Source of the DNA: Takakia lepidozioides
Lineage: Eukaryota > Plantae > Bryophyta
Reading direction: 5' to 3'
Assembly (NCBI GenBank): GCA_030704615.1
Contig: CM060733.1
Coordinates: 20,460,001-20,524,000, forward strand
DNA: 64,000 nucleotides
The position numbers and the translations under genes are program-made. Below, in pieces: positions 25,001-38,419 of the stretch. A model generated the notes under the pieces. That model was not told the origin of the DNA. It saw only the letters and a list, made by a program, of their open reading frames with translations, and searched no databases. How positions within the stretch are numbered: the first letter of the stretch is position 1; each line of letters opens with the position of its first letter.

Positions 25001-28000
25001 ATGGAAGTTCTCCACCAGTGATTCGCTGAAATGTTCCATGATTTACATCCACAGTTTCCTAAGGCTATGAGTGTCTGCCAGTTGGGCTCTGGTTTTGAAT
25101 CTCTTTGCCCATGTGATGCACATGGGAAAGGGTACTGATAGGCCAGGTAATTGTATTGTATTGTATTAAACGATAGACTTAGAAATCTCTCGTGTAGTGA
25201 TTGTGAAATCTTTCTTTGTTCGGTTGCAGATATTAAGTCGCAGTAGTAAGGTGGTCTGATTGTCATGTGGTCTGTACCTCTGCAGGTGATCTTTAAGGTT
25301 GTTGAAGAGCATCCCCGTGACTTGGCAGAGGGTTTAGATATGATAAAAGTGGTTTATGGTGATGAATCCATACCGATGCTCTATGAGAATTCTCAGATAT
25401 CTCAAGAGCAGCTTCCTGGACAACCAGGTCTGTGTTTTCAGTTTGTTGTCATTTTAGGGGGACTAATCTGTTTTTTGTAGCCATTATTTGGGATAGCCTT
25501 GTTTTTTCAGATTGCTAGCCTGACAGCCAGGGACATAAACTGGCTGCTTTTCCTCTCTTAGTGTGCCTGCTAGGCATCATGACGTAGCAATGATTCATCT
25601 TCCACCTGTATCTTCTGGACCATACGGAGGTTTCAGGAGCTTTGTATCAGCTGTTTGCATTATCTGTTGACTTTCTGAGGAATTTTGCAGGTATAGTAAG
25701 ACGGGCTGTTGCTTTGGGTCGTTTTCTTCAAAACCCAGTTGCTATGATCGCATCACTATGCGGGCCAGGCAAGGAGGTCCTTTCCTTAAGGTTCAACTCG
25801 ATGCAGAGTAGTTTGACGCCAGAGGAAGTGTATGAGGCGATTGAACGCGTTATGGTGACCATAACCAACCAAGTGGGAATCGACATCAATCTAGCAGCTT
25901 CACATGAATGGTTGTTTTCCCCATTGCAGTTCATTGCAGGTCTGGGACCTCGCAAGGCAGGTGCCATTCAGCGAGCTATACAAAGTGCAGGGCGCGTGAA
26001 CACGCGAAGGGAGCTTTTTGCTGTCTTGGGACTAATGGAGCGGAAGGTGTTTATGAATGCTTCAGGCTTCATACGTGTTCGTGGGAGTGGGCAGGCAGCG
26101 TCTGGGACTCAAACTTTGGACCCACTGGATGACACTCGCATCCATCCAGAGTTCTATGATGAGGCCAAAAGCATGGCAGAGGTGGCGTTTAAGGAGGAGT
26201 TCCGGCAAAATGATGAAGACGTAGATGAAGACACTCTAGATATGGCAGTGGAGCATGTGATGACAAATCCCCATGTGTTAAAGTCAGTTGACATCGAGGC
26301 ATACGCCATGGAGTTAAAGAGGCAGGGAAAAGCCAGTAAGTTACAGACCCTTGCGCTGATCAAATCTGAGCTGCAGCATGGTTTCCGTGACTGGCGTGAC
26401 CCCTACAAGGAACCCAACCAGGATGAGGAATTTTATCTGCTAAGCGGGGAGAGCGAGGACACACTGACGGAAGGGCGTATAGTCCATGCCACGGTCAAGA
26501 AATTACAGCAAAATCGTGTGATGTGTACTTTGGAGTCTGGTCTGCTGGGTATCATTCAGAAAGAGGATCTTTCTGACGAGAGAGATGTCGAACCATCTGA
26601 GAAAGTGGCTGAAGGGATTATGGTGACATGCCGTGTTAAAGCTGTCCAGAAGGCCAAGTACTTGGTGGACTTGACTTGCAAGTGAGGGTTTAAGCGTTTT
26701 GTCATCTGTTGCAAAAATGTTTGCACATTTTGCTAGTGTTTAAACAATGGAAAACATCAGCATTTCCTTTCTCTGACTTTCTGATGCAACGTGGGGTTTT
26801 TAGCCTAATAGAAACAATTTCTCTCTGTCTGTCTGTCTCACCTCCAAGCTCCTCTGCTGATATTACAGACCCAAGAGGAAAACTCATCCTGATTCATTCT
26901 CTGTCAAATTTCCCATCAGTAGTTGTGGTGTTTAAAGTTGGTTTACACATACATGGATTGAGACAGGCAGGTCGATGTACCTTCTCGAGAGGAATAAAGT
27001 GCAGTCAGCAGTGTACACAAGGTGGAGACAAAACAGTTAGTTTTTCTCTTCCCTATATGCTAGGAGATCAGCGTGACGTATGATTGTCTTTTGGAGACAG
27101 ATCATCCTTGTCTAGGTATTGTGAATTTGTCATTGTTCCAAATCTTATCAGGATTTCAACTTTTTTCCTTGCTTGCTTACTTGAAAGTGAATATTTGCAG
27201 GGGTAGCGATTTGAGGGGGGAACATTGGGGTGAGCAACAGCGGCGTGATCGCTATTATTCGCAGGACGACAACTTCTTGCGGAGTGAACAGGAAAAAGCT
27301 CGTAAGAAGAAAGAAGAGGATAAGAAGAAGGCCTTCAAACCGCGAATGATTGTACACCCACAGTTCCAGAACGTGTCTGTGGACGATGCAACCAAGGTAG
27401 GATCAAGGAGCAATACACGTTAGGTCAGGTGGGATAGTATATATTTTGGTTTCCTGTCTGGTTTCAGGGTGCAGTGAAAGTCTAAGATTTCTCTGTTTGT
27501 GTGAACGGTTGAACGAGGATTATTGAGGATAGTAGTTAAAAGTACTGATTTCCATCCAATGTGCATGATGGAATTGCAGGCTCTCGCGGAAAAAGATGTA
27601 GGTGAAGTCGTGATCAGGCCAAGCAGCAAGGGTCCAACTCATTTGTCAATGACCTTGAAGTTCTATGATGATGTTTACACTAACATTGACATAGCAGAGG
27701 GGGGCAAGGAAAGCCGGGACATGACCAGCTTTCTTCGTCTTGGGAAGACACTTACGATTGGTGACGAAACCTTTGAAGATCTTGATGAGGTTTGTATTGC
27801 ATGAGAACCATATGCCACCTGTCAGGTGTACTGTCTGTCCTTGAGGTTCTGAGAGAGGAGATAATGTGGAAGCTATACCATTTGCTGTAGATTACTATTA
27901 GGCACTGCAGATATTGGGAAAAGTAGTGGATTAATCATATATAGCTTAGGGTATCCACTAGATTCTTGAGCTGTTGGGCTGATCAAGTCGTTGGGTCTTT

Positions 28001-31000
28001 GACATTCTCCTTTGTGTATTATGGACTTGACACATCTCAGTGGATGACCCCTATCTCATTAAAGTGTGTTTTCTACCTTGCTGACTGTGGGTGCTGCTGG
28101 ATAGAGAAGGGATAATGGATATCTGTTTGGTAGAGGAAGCTGCTTCTGCCACAATGATTTAAGCCAAAAAGTCAATGGTTGCAGGTGATTGCCCGGTATG
28201 TGGACCCTTTGGTCAGTTTTTTGCGAGAGATGCTTCGCTATCGGAAGTTCAAGCAGGGTTCTAAGGCTGAAGTTGATGATGTTTTGCGGACAGACAAGGC
28301 TGAAAACCCAATGCGCATACCATATTGCTTCTCTGTGTCTCTTGAGCATCCTGGTGCCTTCATGCTCTCGTACGTGCGTGCTGTTAATCCCCACCATGAA
28401 TATATTTCCCTGTCACCAAAGGGTTTTCGATATCGTAAGAAAATGTTTGACAGCATTGACAAGCTGGTCGCTTATTTTCAGAAGCATTTCAATGATCCAC
28501 TTCCCGAGGCACCACCACGCCGAGCGCTGGCTGCCATGGTTCCACCTCGTAGCCCAGCTCCTAGTAGCTACAGTGCCGGAAGCTATGGGTATAGTGCAGG
28601 GTCAAGAAAACCGACAGAATCTGGTGGTTCAGGCTATGATTCCAGGAACAGTTGGGATCATGATCGCCCCAGGGGCAACAGTAGAGGAGGTGGGTGGGGC
28701 CGTGGTAGGGGGGGACGAGAGGAGGGCAATGGTGGGGGATTCAGAGGCCGGTCTGGCAGAGGAGGATCCTCTGGAGGATGGGAGGATGGGTCTGGAGGGG
28801 GGTCCTGGGGTAAAGGGACTTCAAGTGGCTGGGAGAGTGGGCCACCTGGAGGTGCTTCTAGAGGAGGTGCATGGGAGAATGCTCCTCCAGCTGGTGTGTC
28901 ATCTGGAGGCAGCAGTTGGGACAAAATTCCACCAGCAGGAAGTTCTGGAGGGGGGGTTTGGGACAGTGTGATAGGTGGTGCAGCCTCTGGTGGGTGGGAT
29001 AATGGATCAGCGGGTGGGTGGGAGAAGGGTGGGAATTCCACTGGAGGGGCCAGTGGATGGGATAGTGCACCTGTTGGCGCCTCTTCAGGTGGTTGGGATA
29101 AAGGGTCAGCTGATGTGCCCTCTGGTGGCAGCGGCTGGGAAAAAAGTGGGAACCCAAGCACCACAGCTGGAGGGGCCAGTGGTGGGTGGGAGAAGGGTGG
29201 GAATTCCATTGGAGGGGCCAGTGGATGGGATAGTGCACCTGTTGGCGCCTCTTCAGGTGGTTGGGATAAAGGGTCAGCTGATCCGTCCTCTGGTGGCAGC
29301 GGCTGGGAAAAAAGTGGGAACCCAAGCACCACGGCTGGAGGGGCCAGTGGATGGGACAGTGCTGCTGCTGATGCTACTCCTGGTGGTTGGGGTAAAACCT
29401 CAGCAGGTGCAGCCTCTGGTGGGGCAAGTTGGGACAAGGGTGGTAACACAAATGCCACTCGAGGGCCCAGTGGATGGGATAGTACTGCCACTGTTGTCTC
29501 TTCTGAAGGTGGAGGCTGGGACAGTGCAGCAGGCGGCACCTCCTCTCTGAGTGGCTGGGACTCTGCATCAAATGACAGGGATTTCAACTCAGGTTTTCTG
29601 AACATGTGCAGTAGTGGGTCTTAGGATGAGCGATTCTAGTATTGGTTTCAGCTGCTGAAAGAAGAGGTTGGAATTCACCTATAAATATGTTATGTTGTTG
29701 ATTGTTAGTTATACCTGGAGATGTGCCCCTACATATACAAGAATTGGTCCGTTCCTCACTTGACTCTGGAATTGTCCTGCTTTCCCTAAAGCAGTTGATT
29801 CTGCTACAAAGTTGATGCACTCTGATCTCCTGTCATTAGGAACTGATGACTGAACGGCTGTTAAGGTAGTAAAGTTTCAAAAGACCAGACTAAGCAATTT
29901 GGTGTGATATATATGTTATGATGTATTTTACATTATGATGTACCTGTTCCACAACCAAAGTGCTGAAACAAGTAGGTGTTCATGGTATTGTGGTTTTTAC
30001 ACACACAGAAATTCACATTGATGTCAAAGCATGTGAAACTGGGAGTCTCCCCAGAGATGAGCTTCCTGGAGTAGTATCAGGCTCTGCTTTAATTGCTTTA
30101 GAAACCCTTTGCAAAATTCCTACTTTAATTCAAAATTAAGTTTTATGCGGAGGTCTGTTGTCTCATGATAATTTTACATAACAGGTCACCGCCGAAGTGA
30201 AGAACATGCAGGCAGGGGGAGGTGGAATCAGACTGGAGGCAGGGGTGGAAGAGATAGGGCAGCCTGGGAGCAAGGAGGGCTTCAGAGTGGAGCCAATCCC
30301 AATAGCAATGGTTGGGGCCGGGATGCTGCTGCAGCATCTCCAGCACGAACACCATTACAGACTAATTGGAACGAGGGGGCCAGCACACCAGCGCACGGCA
30401 GGGCTGACTGGGAACAGTCAACTCCAGCTCACGCGACTTCGTCTGGAACTCAAGCCCGGACACTTCCTTCAGGTACTGAAATGGAGCTTCATAGGACTTG
30501 CATGACTTAAATGGTCTTAAATGGTTGGTACCCCGTAGAGACTGAATGACTTTGTGTCACATATGGACCCAAGAGTACCGAGGTTACTGATATCTCGTAG
30601 GGGATGACCTGATCTTTACTACATTATATGGTACATTCGCTGGTGCAGAACACCCTTGCATGGAAGAAATATGGGCCTGGAAGCCCCTAAACCTGTCTAT
30701 GGCTCAAATAGATGGGGACCTGAGTCCAGATATTGTTAATCTGGCCCGCATGTACAGCCGATCTGCAAAGTGAAGTTGGGAAGATCATTAACATACATGG
30801 ATCAACATGGACCCAGTGAACCCACTTAAGGCTGTAATAATATCAGCTGATGTTGTCAGTGGGGAAGGTAGCCTTGAAGCTTGCCCTAAGAAAAAGAGTG
30901 TATGGTTTCTTATTCTATTACAAATGATTGACTATAGTTCCCTTAACGAAACAGTCCAAGCTAAGATACTGTTTGTGTTCAATTTGGCAGATGATAGCAG

Positions 31001-31415
31001 TTGGGAACAAAGTACTGGCAAAGATTCAGGAAAGAATGATTGGGGAACTCAAAAGATGGACATCCCTCCTGGTGGTGACTGGGGATCCTCAGAGCCGGCA
31101 GCCCCTGGGGTGCCAGACTCTGGAAATGAGCCAAGCGTGCCAGGTAGCATTGGAGGTTGGGAACAGGACAAGAATTTGAAAGCACCAACAGGTGGATGGG
31201 GTGATAGTAGTCAGCCATCTTCTGCAAGTGGTGATGGATGGGAACAGCCGGCCAAAACATTGACAGGTGGTTGGGGTGATAGTAGCCAGCCATCTGTGGC
31301 AACTGGTGATGGCTGGGACCAGCCGATGGAGAAGAATGACAAAAGCATCGACGGGTGGTGGCAGAAGGAGAACCCACCACAGCCAGTACCCCCTGGCACT
31401 GGGTATACTTCATAG
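19042..31415 (+). CDS. SPT6: Transcription elongation factor SPT6 (SPT6L-type, with WG/GW AGO-hook tail), about 18 exons
   Basis: Acidic N-terminus (YEKDGFIVDE, DFIVDE), DVPERLQ, YqgF region (PRVLACCWG), HhH (GLGPRKA), LDDTRIHPE, S1 and tandem SH2 domains. The last exons 28185-29592, 30185-30472 and 30991-31415 splice in frame and are WG/GW-rich. One apparent frameshift near 24640. Confidence 0.95.
29013..29360 (+). repeat. Near-identical 168-bp (56-aa) tandem duplication within the SPT6 WG/GW tail
   Basis: GGTGGGTGGGAGAAGGGTGGGAATTCCA starts at 29013 and again at 29181. The peptide GGWEKGGNS...TTAGGAS occurs twice. Confidence 0.9.
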
Positions 31416-32535
31416 TAACCCATCCCATGATATAGTTGTGTTAGCCGAATACATCAGCAACACTAGATAACTTGTGTATTTTATTTGGCATCAAATGGGT
31501 ACTCAGAACAGAAGGTGTTTTGCACAGCACTCTCTAAGAATATATGGTATACGAAGGTCCAGATAGGTAGACTGTGACACAGGCACTTGTAGTCAAAGTG
31601 GTGTAAAAGAAACTGCAGTTAGATGGAAAATCAAATCACTCATGTTATGGTAGTTTATGTGTTTTAAACAGCTCTACGGGTTGGCCTGCTCTGTGAGAAC
31701 TCGTAACTCAAGTGGTGAGGGGTTTTTGGTGCCATTGCCTATTGCTTCAAATCTACTATTTCCTTTGTAGCCCCTCCAAATGGGTCTATGACATATTTTT
31801 CAAACACAAGCTCGTTGTCTGGGAAGTTCTTGAGAGAGAGTAGGATCTGAAACTAGTTGTTTCTTCTTGCTCTCCCACAAGTTTCTGAAGTCCTTTTAAT
31901 TGTCACAGATGACTATCATAGCTCACGAGGCACAAAAAGGTTTCTCGTTTTTCTTCTGTCTCTTTACATGTTAAGGGAAATCCCAATATTAGCTGATGTG
32001 AAGTTAAGTGTGATCTCTGAGCAATTTTGCAGATAAAGAAAAATTGCAATTCTGTGTTGGGTAGGTGACAAAAATGGGTATATGTATCTACCATGGATAG
32101 AGTCATGGCTTTGAAAGACACAAGATCTGTTAAAGTCTACCCTCTATGCTTGGGTGTGTATATTTGCAACACCTAGTTGTATGTGGTGAGTTGGTCTAGA
32201 GCACATCTTCAGTGAACACATTTAGCATTTGGAGGTTTTAGAAACCACCTCAAAAGCCCTGTTGGATGTAGAGTAATTACAGTGAAGTCCGGCCAATCAA
32301 CTTAGTAACACACTGCTACTTGGGCAGCATGTGAATTCAAAAATGATATGATAATTTCCTGAGAACGGTGCATTCTACGGCCCATCCCACCATTGGAACA
32401 TCTCTCTGAAGCATGACATATGTGCAACATAGTGGTCTTAAGTTCAACCACTCTTTGTCAAGAGCTCGATGATCAAAAGAGAATTGAAAACACATACTCC
32501 AGGTAACAAAAGTGGTTTCCTCTGTGAGTCTGCAA

Positions 32536-35500
32536 TCAAAATGCTAGACATGCTTTGAAAGATTCCAGGAGGGATGCCCTGTTCAGATTCTTGCCTGAAA
32601 CACAACATGGCTTACATCAGTCTATATTAGTACAAACATCGCACACAGTACTTCCTCCCAACTTTTCAATTAAACTCTATCCATCTTTGAAACACATAAC
32701 TACCATCAACAGCTAAGCATCAAACTGAAATTACAAACTAATTTGATGAGCTTGGCTCTGAAGATTTTGATTGCCAGCCTACTTTCTTGAAGTTGTGTAC
32801 TTCAAAAAGATGAGGCACACCGTATTACGAGAACAAAATTCAAAAGTGAACAAATCCCTACAAGGTTATGTGGCATACATGCTAACAGAGGATGAAGTTG
32901 CAGGCAGACAATGGAGTTGAGGGTGAGATAAAATCTTACCTATAAAAACCAGTCGATTTATCCTCTTGTCCTCTTGTCTCCAAGGTCGACTTGGAAGAAT
33001 CTCATAAAGATCACGAACAGCCTACACCGATGTGCATTTTTAGCACATCTCAAGCCCTACTAGCCTCCATAAGACTCTCCCAGGACCACATGTGACCTAC
33101 ATCTTTAGGTCCTTTCATTACACTTGTAGTGTGTTCAAAAACTGTTATTAGGCCACACGATGCCACAAACCTTCTCTAGCATTTGCCCCATCTAGTAATT
33201 GTACCACAGTGTGCACTCCTGATGGTATCAAATGAAGTTAATGATTCTGCTCATTCAAATTTATGCTGATTGATACTTGTCTTTGAGTGTGGCCTCCTCA
33301 TGACAGTGACGGATTACCTGAAGCATGTGCATGTCATCAGACCCATGGATGTTTAACACTCCTTTGACACGATAGAATTCTCGTTCCTTATCTCCCTCCC
33401 ACAAAAGCTCCCCAAGCCAATCATTCACCTGGCAACCTCCAGTGGAACAAATTGCAGTCACTATGATGAAGAGATGATCGAAGATGTTAAAAGGAAAAAT
33501 GTGCCTGAATCGCTATAAATCTTTCATAGCCATGCCATCCTTTTCTTGAAATTTGAGGCCATGAGCACCAGTGAGCAGTGGTCTGATCTCAACAGCATGA
33601 CAGCATATCATACTACCCATGTTCCACGGTGTGAAACAGACAGACAGAGAGAGGTAAGTGCGATTAGAGACCTTACTTTTCTAAGGTCAGCAGATTCTGC
33701 TGCAGAGATGCTGACAGTACCCACAGTATGGTCGTGCACATCATGTCCCTCCAGCAGCAGGAGTGCCTTCACGTCCACAGACCTCTGTTCCCCATAGAGC
33801 TGTGAGTGCCCACCTTGCCACTATTATCTTATTCTGGAAATCACCTTTGCCACCCTCTGTAACTAACTCCACAAACTTTTACTAACCGGCCCCATGACCC
33901 TAAGCCCGGAGGGAGAGATGAGCATTTAGGAAAAATGTACCTACACCACAAAAAAGCAAAACTGACCTCCCTTTCTCACTTCCATCTCACATGTGAGAGA
34001 GAAGTGTCACCTGGATATCATAAGCTCTCCGATTCAGGAGAGCTTTGAGGTCAACTTGGCTTCGAATGGAGGGCACAATTTCAGCTAGGGCATTAATGCT
34101 TCGAATCTGCGATTCCAGGTCAGTGAGCACGGACGGCCCACCCATGACAAGATCAACCTTGTTGAGAAGCACCACGTCCTGCAGGCTCTTGTGCTATCAG
34201 ACTCGATGCTCAAGTCTTGAGAAAGTTCGAGTCTGACAAGACTTTTCAATATTACAAGAAAACAGTACACCTGAGCCAAACAAAGTGTCAACTGTCCTGG
34301 CAGTCCAAACTGCTACATTCTAAAGGATAATACTACTCTTTTGATTAGTACATGCAGCTCTGTACATATATGGCTTAGCTATCTACACATTGGGCTTATG
34401 GAGGTAATATACACCAACAAATTCCCACACCAGAGCCCATATAGGAAGCCACACAATGGCCACGAAAAGTAAAGTACACACACCGCGAAGGCAATTTGCA
34501 GGTATGCTTCATTGACTGGACCAGCATCTTGTGCATCACCAAGCTGTTTCCTTATATTTCTTGCATCAACCACCTGCTGACCCACGTTTTACCCACTGGC
34601 TTACCCTTGCACTCAGAATGACAACATAGCAAGCTGCCTACACGTGCTCCACACATCTCTCTTTAGCAGAAGCAACAACTTCAGGGTATTGTGCAAATTC
34701 TGTTTTTGTCTCTTTCTTTCTCTCCCTCTAGATGCTTGTGTAAAGGGATTTCAGGAGGATATCTGGAACGGATCAATTGTCTGTTCCAAGGTAAGTCATA
34801 CTACCGGCGTCAGCCCCTGACAAAGGTATTTTCTGTCCCTTTGTGTTCCACCCAAACTGAGCGCGGAGTCAATGGCCACAAGGCTACAGCAAACAACATC
34901 TTATGAGTACATTCTTTCTCTCCCTCTAGGCACTAAGCCATCCCAAGCGGACTCAAGGGATTGTCTAACCTCTCTTTTGGTTTTCCCTTGCCCTATAGGC
35001 CCTCTGAGCCTCCTATGGATGTAGTAATATTGATTTCCTCATCTCTGTGTTGACTAGTAAAACATTGATGAATTGAGATAAAGACATCACGCCCCAATTA
35101 GCACCTGCAGAAAGACCAGTCAAAGACTGAAACACAACTGGGTGTAACTCCAACAGGTGACCTGCAAAGTATTCAGAACATGAGAAAAACAACATACCGT
35201 AACTATGGAGTCCAGACGAACAGGGGATTCAAGTTGATCATCAATCCAGAGAATGGATGCCACTGGGCCTGGATTGGCAAGCCCTGTCGTCTCCAACAAA
35301 ATGTGATCAAATCTGCAGCACCCATGTACGTTCTTGTTGACCTCTTCCCAACCAAGCACTGGTTTAAGGTGGCCTACCTCATTCACATGAGTAAAGTTCA
35401 TCTACCCCCTTGGTGCTTGGACAACAAGGAACAGCCAAGTGACTTTATATCCATATTGTCAATTCTCAGCTACAGAAGGACTACAGCTTGAAACAAAAGG

Positions 35501-35910
35501 AAAATTCGAAGGAAGGGAAAGCACAGGTATATTGTTACGCTACAAGGCTGTGCCACTTCAAGAGATACCAGAGGCTTGGTTCCAGAGGTGACTGTCTGAC
35601 TGGGAGCTTCTCCCATAGAAGAATCAGCCAGCAAATTGAAAGAATCCCTTTCCAACTCTATGCTAAGCAACCGAATTCAAGTTGTCACGTTGGCATGTGA
35701 GGGCATCTTCTAGAAACCCTCCGAATTGAGAGAGGTCTCAGGTTGGCATGAGGAAGGTCTTCCAATCCCTGAAGCTTTAAAAGCCAGATCCCTGGAAACA
35801 GATTCTAAATTTCCACGGATCTTCAGTCAAAGCATTCCATTTAATGCCATCTGTCCAACAGATCAACTGGAACAACATAAAGACAGACAAGTGGATAAAG
35901 GCCAAACTAT

Positions 35911-35955
<45 letters not shown>

Positions 35956-36803
35956 TTCCCGGCGCTGGAGGAGCTGTTCAAGTGCCTGCACGAAGCTATG
36001 CTTGACGCTGCAGCAAACGCATCCATTGGCCAACTCTACCCAATCCTCCACCAGCGCCCCGCTTGCTCCATCATTGACCATAGCCTTCTCGATGCCTAGT
36101 TCATCGCCAAATTCATTCAGAATTACTGCAATCCTTGTGCCATGCTGCTCCTTGAGGATGTAATTCACCAACTGCCCTCTCCATTAGTGGAGATACATAG
36201 TGACGAAGGAAACATCAGCCCACCGATCCGACAAGTATACCTTCAGCACCAAATGACCAAATACAGACCGTAACCCGTCTCAAGTTTTTCCTTTCATTTC
36301 AAAATCCCAACAAAGCACGTAATCTTTGTCTTCGCGGGAATCCTCTCATGATCTACCGAAGATCTCATAAACAGGACCTACCCTGATAGCTTCCTAAGAT
36401 ACGTAGACATGTCGGAAATGGAAATTACATCGAGATTGAATTCAATATCTGTATCTGTTGTTCTCCCACATAGAAACTCCACTTGTTTGTGCAAATTTGC
36501 TTTAGCACCAGAGAGAACGGAATGTGTAAACTTCCTTTCCGCAGCTAGGCCCGCACAAGGACGGAGAGAGAGAGAGAGAGAGAGACATACGGTGGTTTTA
36601 CCAGCACCCAAGTAGCCTGTTATCATTGTGATGCCCACTGAATCTTCCTCTGTGCCTGTAGTGACCCTCCCTGCTTCCCCACTTCCATTATTTCTGATTT
36701 CTTCCTTCGAACCACCCTCAACTTGATGCTCAGCCGAGTCCGGACTCGGGAACTCAGAATATGTAGAAGGAACTAGGGGAATGGCCAGAGGAGCGTCGTC
36801 CAT
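32536..36803 (-). CDS. CobW-domain (COG0523/ZNG1-like) Zn-chaperone GTPase, 9 exons
   Basis: Motifs [53 protein letters not shown] and RLVFIG. Exons 36803-36591, 36171-35954, 35312-35198, 34573-34484, 34178-34011 and four more; TGA at 32538-32536. Confidence 0.93.
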
Positions 36804-36895
36804 TGTGCGAGTGAATCAATTTCCGATCAACCTGATGCTCTCAATCCCGAAGATGACGTCTCTCCGGTTTCAACTCCTACAATTCATGTCTACAA

Positions 36896-37273
36896 TAGAG
36901 TTATCCGTAAAGTGAGCCTGAGTTTGGTACCCTGTTTGGACCCGAGTTACGGGTTTCATCCTGAGTTTGAGTAAATCCGTAAAGTGCAGAAAACTGGGCA
37001 TGAAGTCAGAAAAGAGGGCACCAAATCATAAACTGGGGATGAGGGCAACCGCTGCTATGGCGCGAGCTCGTGAGCTCTGACTGCCTCCGCGTCGACGACT
37101 AACAAAACTAAGGAGACCAAACTCCTGCCACCCCCATTTTCCTAGTCCTGGCAGTTTGGTCCCGTGTTTTTTTCTAGTCGTACCGCTTGATCCTGAGTTT
37201 CGAGTTTCATACCGAGTTTTGGCCAAACTCGGGGTTCTCATGCCGAGTTTGGGACCCTTTACGGATAACTCTA
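36896..37273. mobile_element. MITE (hAT-like TAG ends) just upstream of the CobW start codon
   Basis: Perfect 17-bp TIR TAGAGTTATCCGTAAAG / CTTTACGGATAACTCTA. Internal CCGAGTTT/AAACTCGG repeats. No intact TSD seen. Confidence 0.8.
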
Positions 37274-38419
37274 ATGTTGCGAGGTGTAAGACACAACCCA
37301 AGACAGGTGCGTTGAGAGACACAAGATCAAGAATGCCGAGCCAGCTTCACACAGTCGGCAGATTGGGAGAAGTTGCAGTGATCCTTAGATTGCTGGTAGG
37401 TACTCTTTATATACACACGATTCATCCATGTGGCGATGTTTCTTTTTCAAACAGAGTTTGCGCCAAAACAGTTCCCAGCAAAGACCCTGCAGCTATCTTG
37501 TCTGATTGTGAATGTATGTCAGGGAGGATGGTTTCACCTGTAGTAGAAGGGAGACAGTCTACATTTGGAGTCTTGCCTTGGCTCTCTTATGTCACAATGA
37601 CCACCTTCTGCTAGGCCCTGGAGACAGACTATCCACAATGTGCATTACAATCTTGTTCTAAAACTAAGATGCCAGCATTTTTTGAGAGTTACGCCAGGAA
37701 TGGAATGCCTTGATGAGTTCAAGTGTGTGTCTGAGGTGCATGAGCTGGGTTTAGAGTTTAGAGTTTAGTATTGCTGGGAACAGACTTAGAATTGCAACTC
37801 AAATGGAGTGGTTTTCTGTGATAACTTCTCATAGTAAGCCAGCCCTTGCCAACAACACAACTCTGCAGGGAAATTTCATGTAAGGTGGCTCTTGCCAGAC
37901 TAGTATACAGACTTGCAGGTGGGGGGAGTTCTACGCCATTATCAAGGAAAATTGTTTGAAGAATCTGCAAAATTGCAATCACCCTAGGTATAGATCAGTG
38001 CACCGCAAAGAATGGTTTCCTTTCCTAACCACATGGGTGGATATTAAAGAATCCAGCCCTTGCGTGAATTCCTTGAACAGAGATGACTCCCGTGATCTAA
38101 ACTGGTCATAATCAAGTCACATCACCTCACAGCTGCAACATGTTACAAGTTAGAATCACATTCCTGTACCAAGAACATGAGATGAGCGCTGCGCCATTAA
38201 TCCGACGCAGTTTGTTTTCACTTGTCACCAAGACCAGAAATAGATGGAATTATCAATGTCCTTCCCTTAGAATCGGTGATGGAAATGACTATATGCTGCC
38301 TTACCTGTACACTTTTGGCACAACGATCGTTGCTTACCTCACTTGGCACTCAGCTCTGTGACTGCAAACATGTACATGGGTCTCTCAAGGTCTACTATCG
38401 AACATGAAAGGCAAAAGGG

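Noticed and set aside
28658-29605. 315-aa proline-rich antisense ORF
   Set aside because: It is the reverse-complement shadow of the Gly/Trp-rich SPT6 repeat exon.
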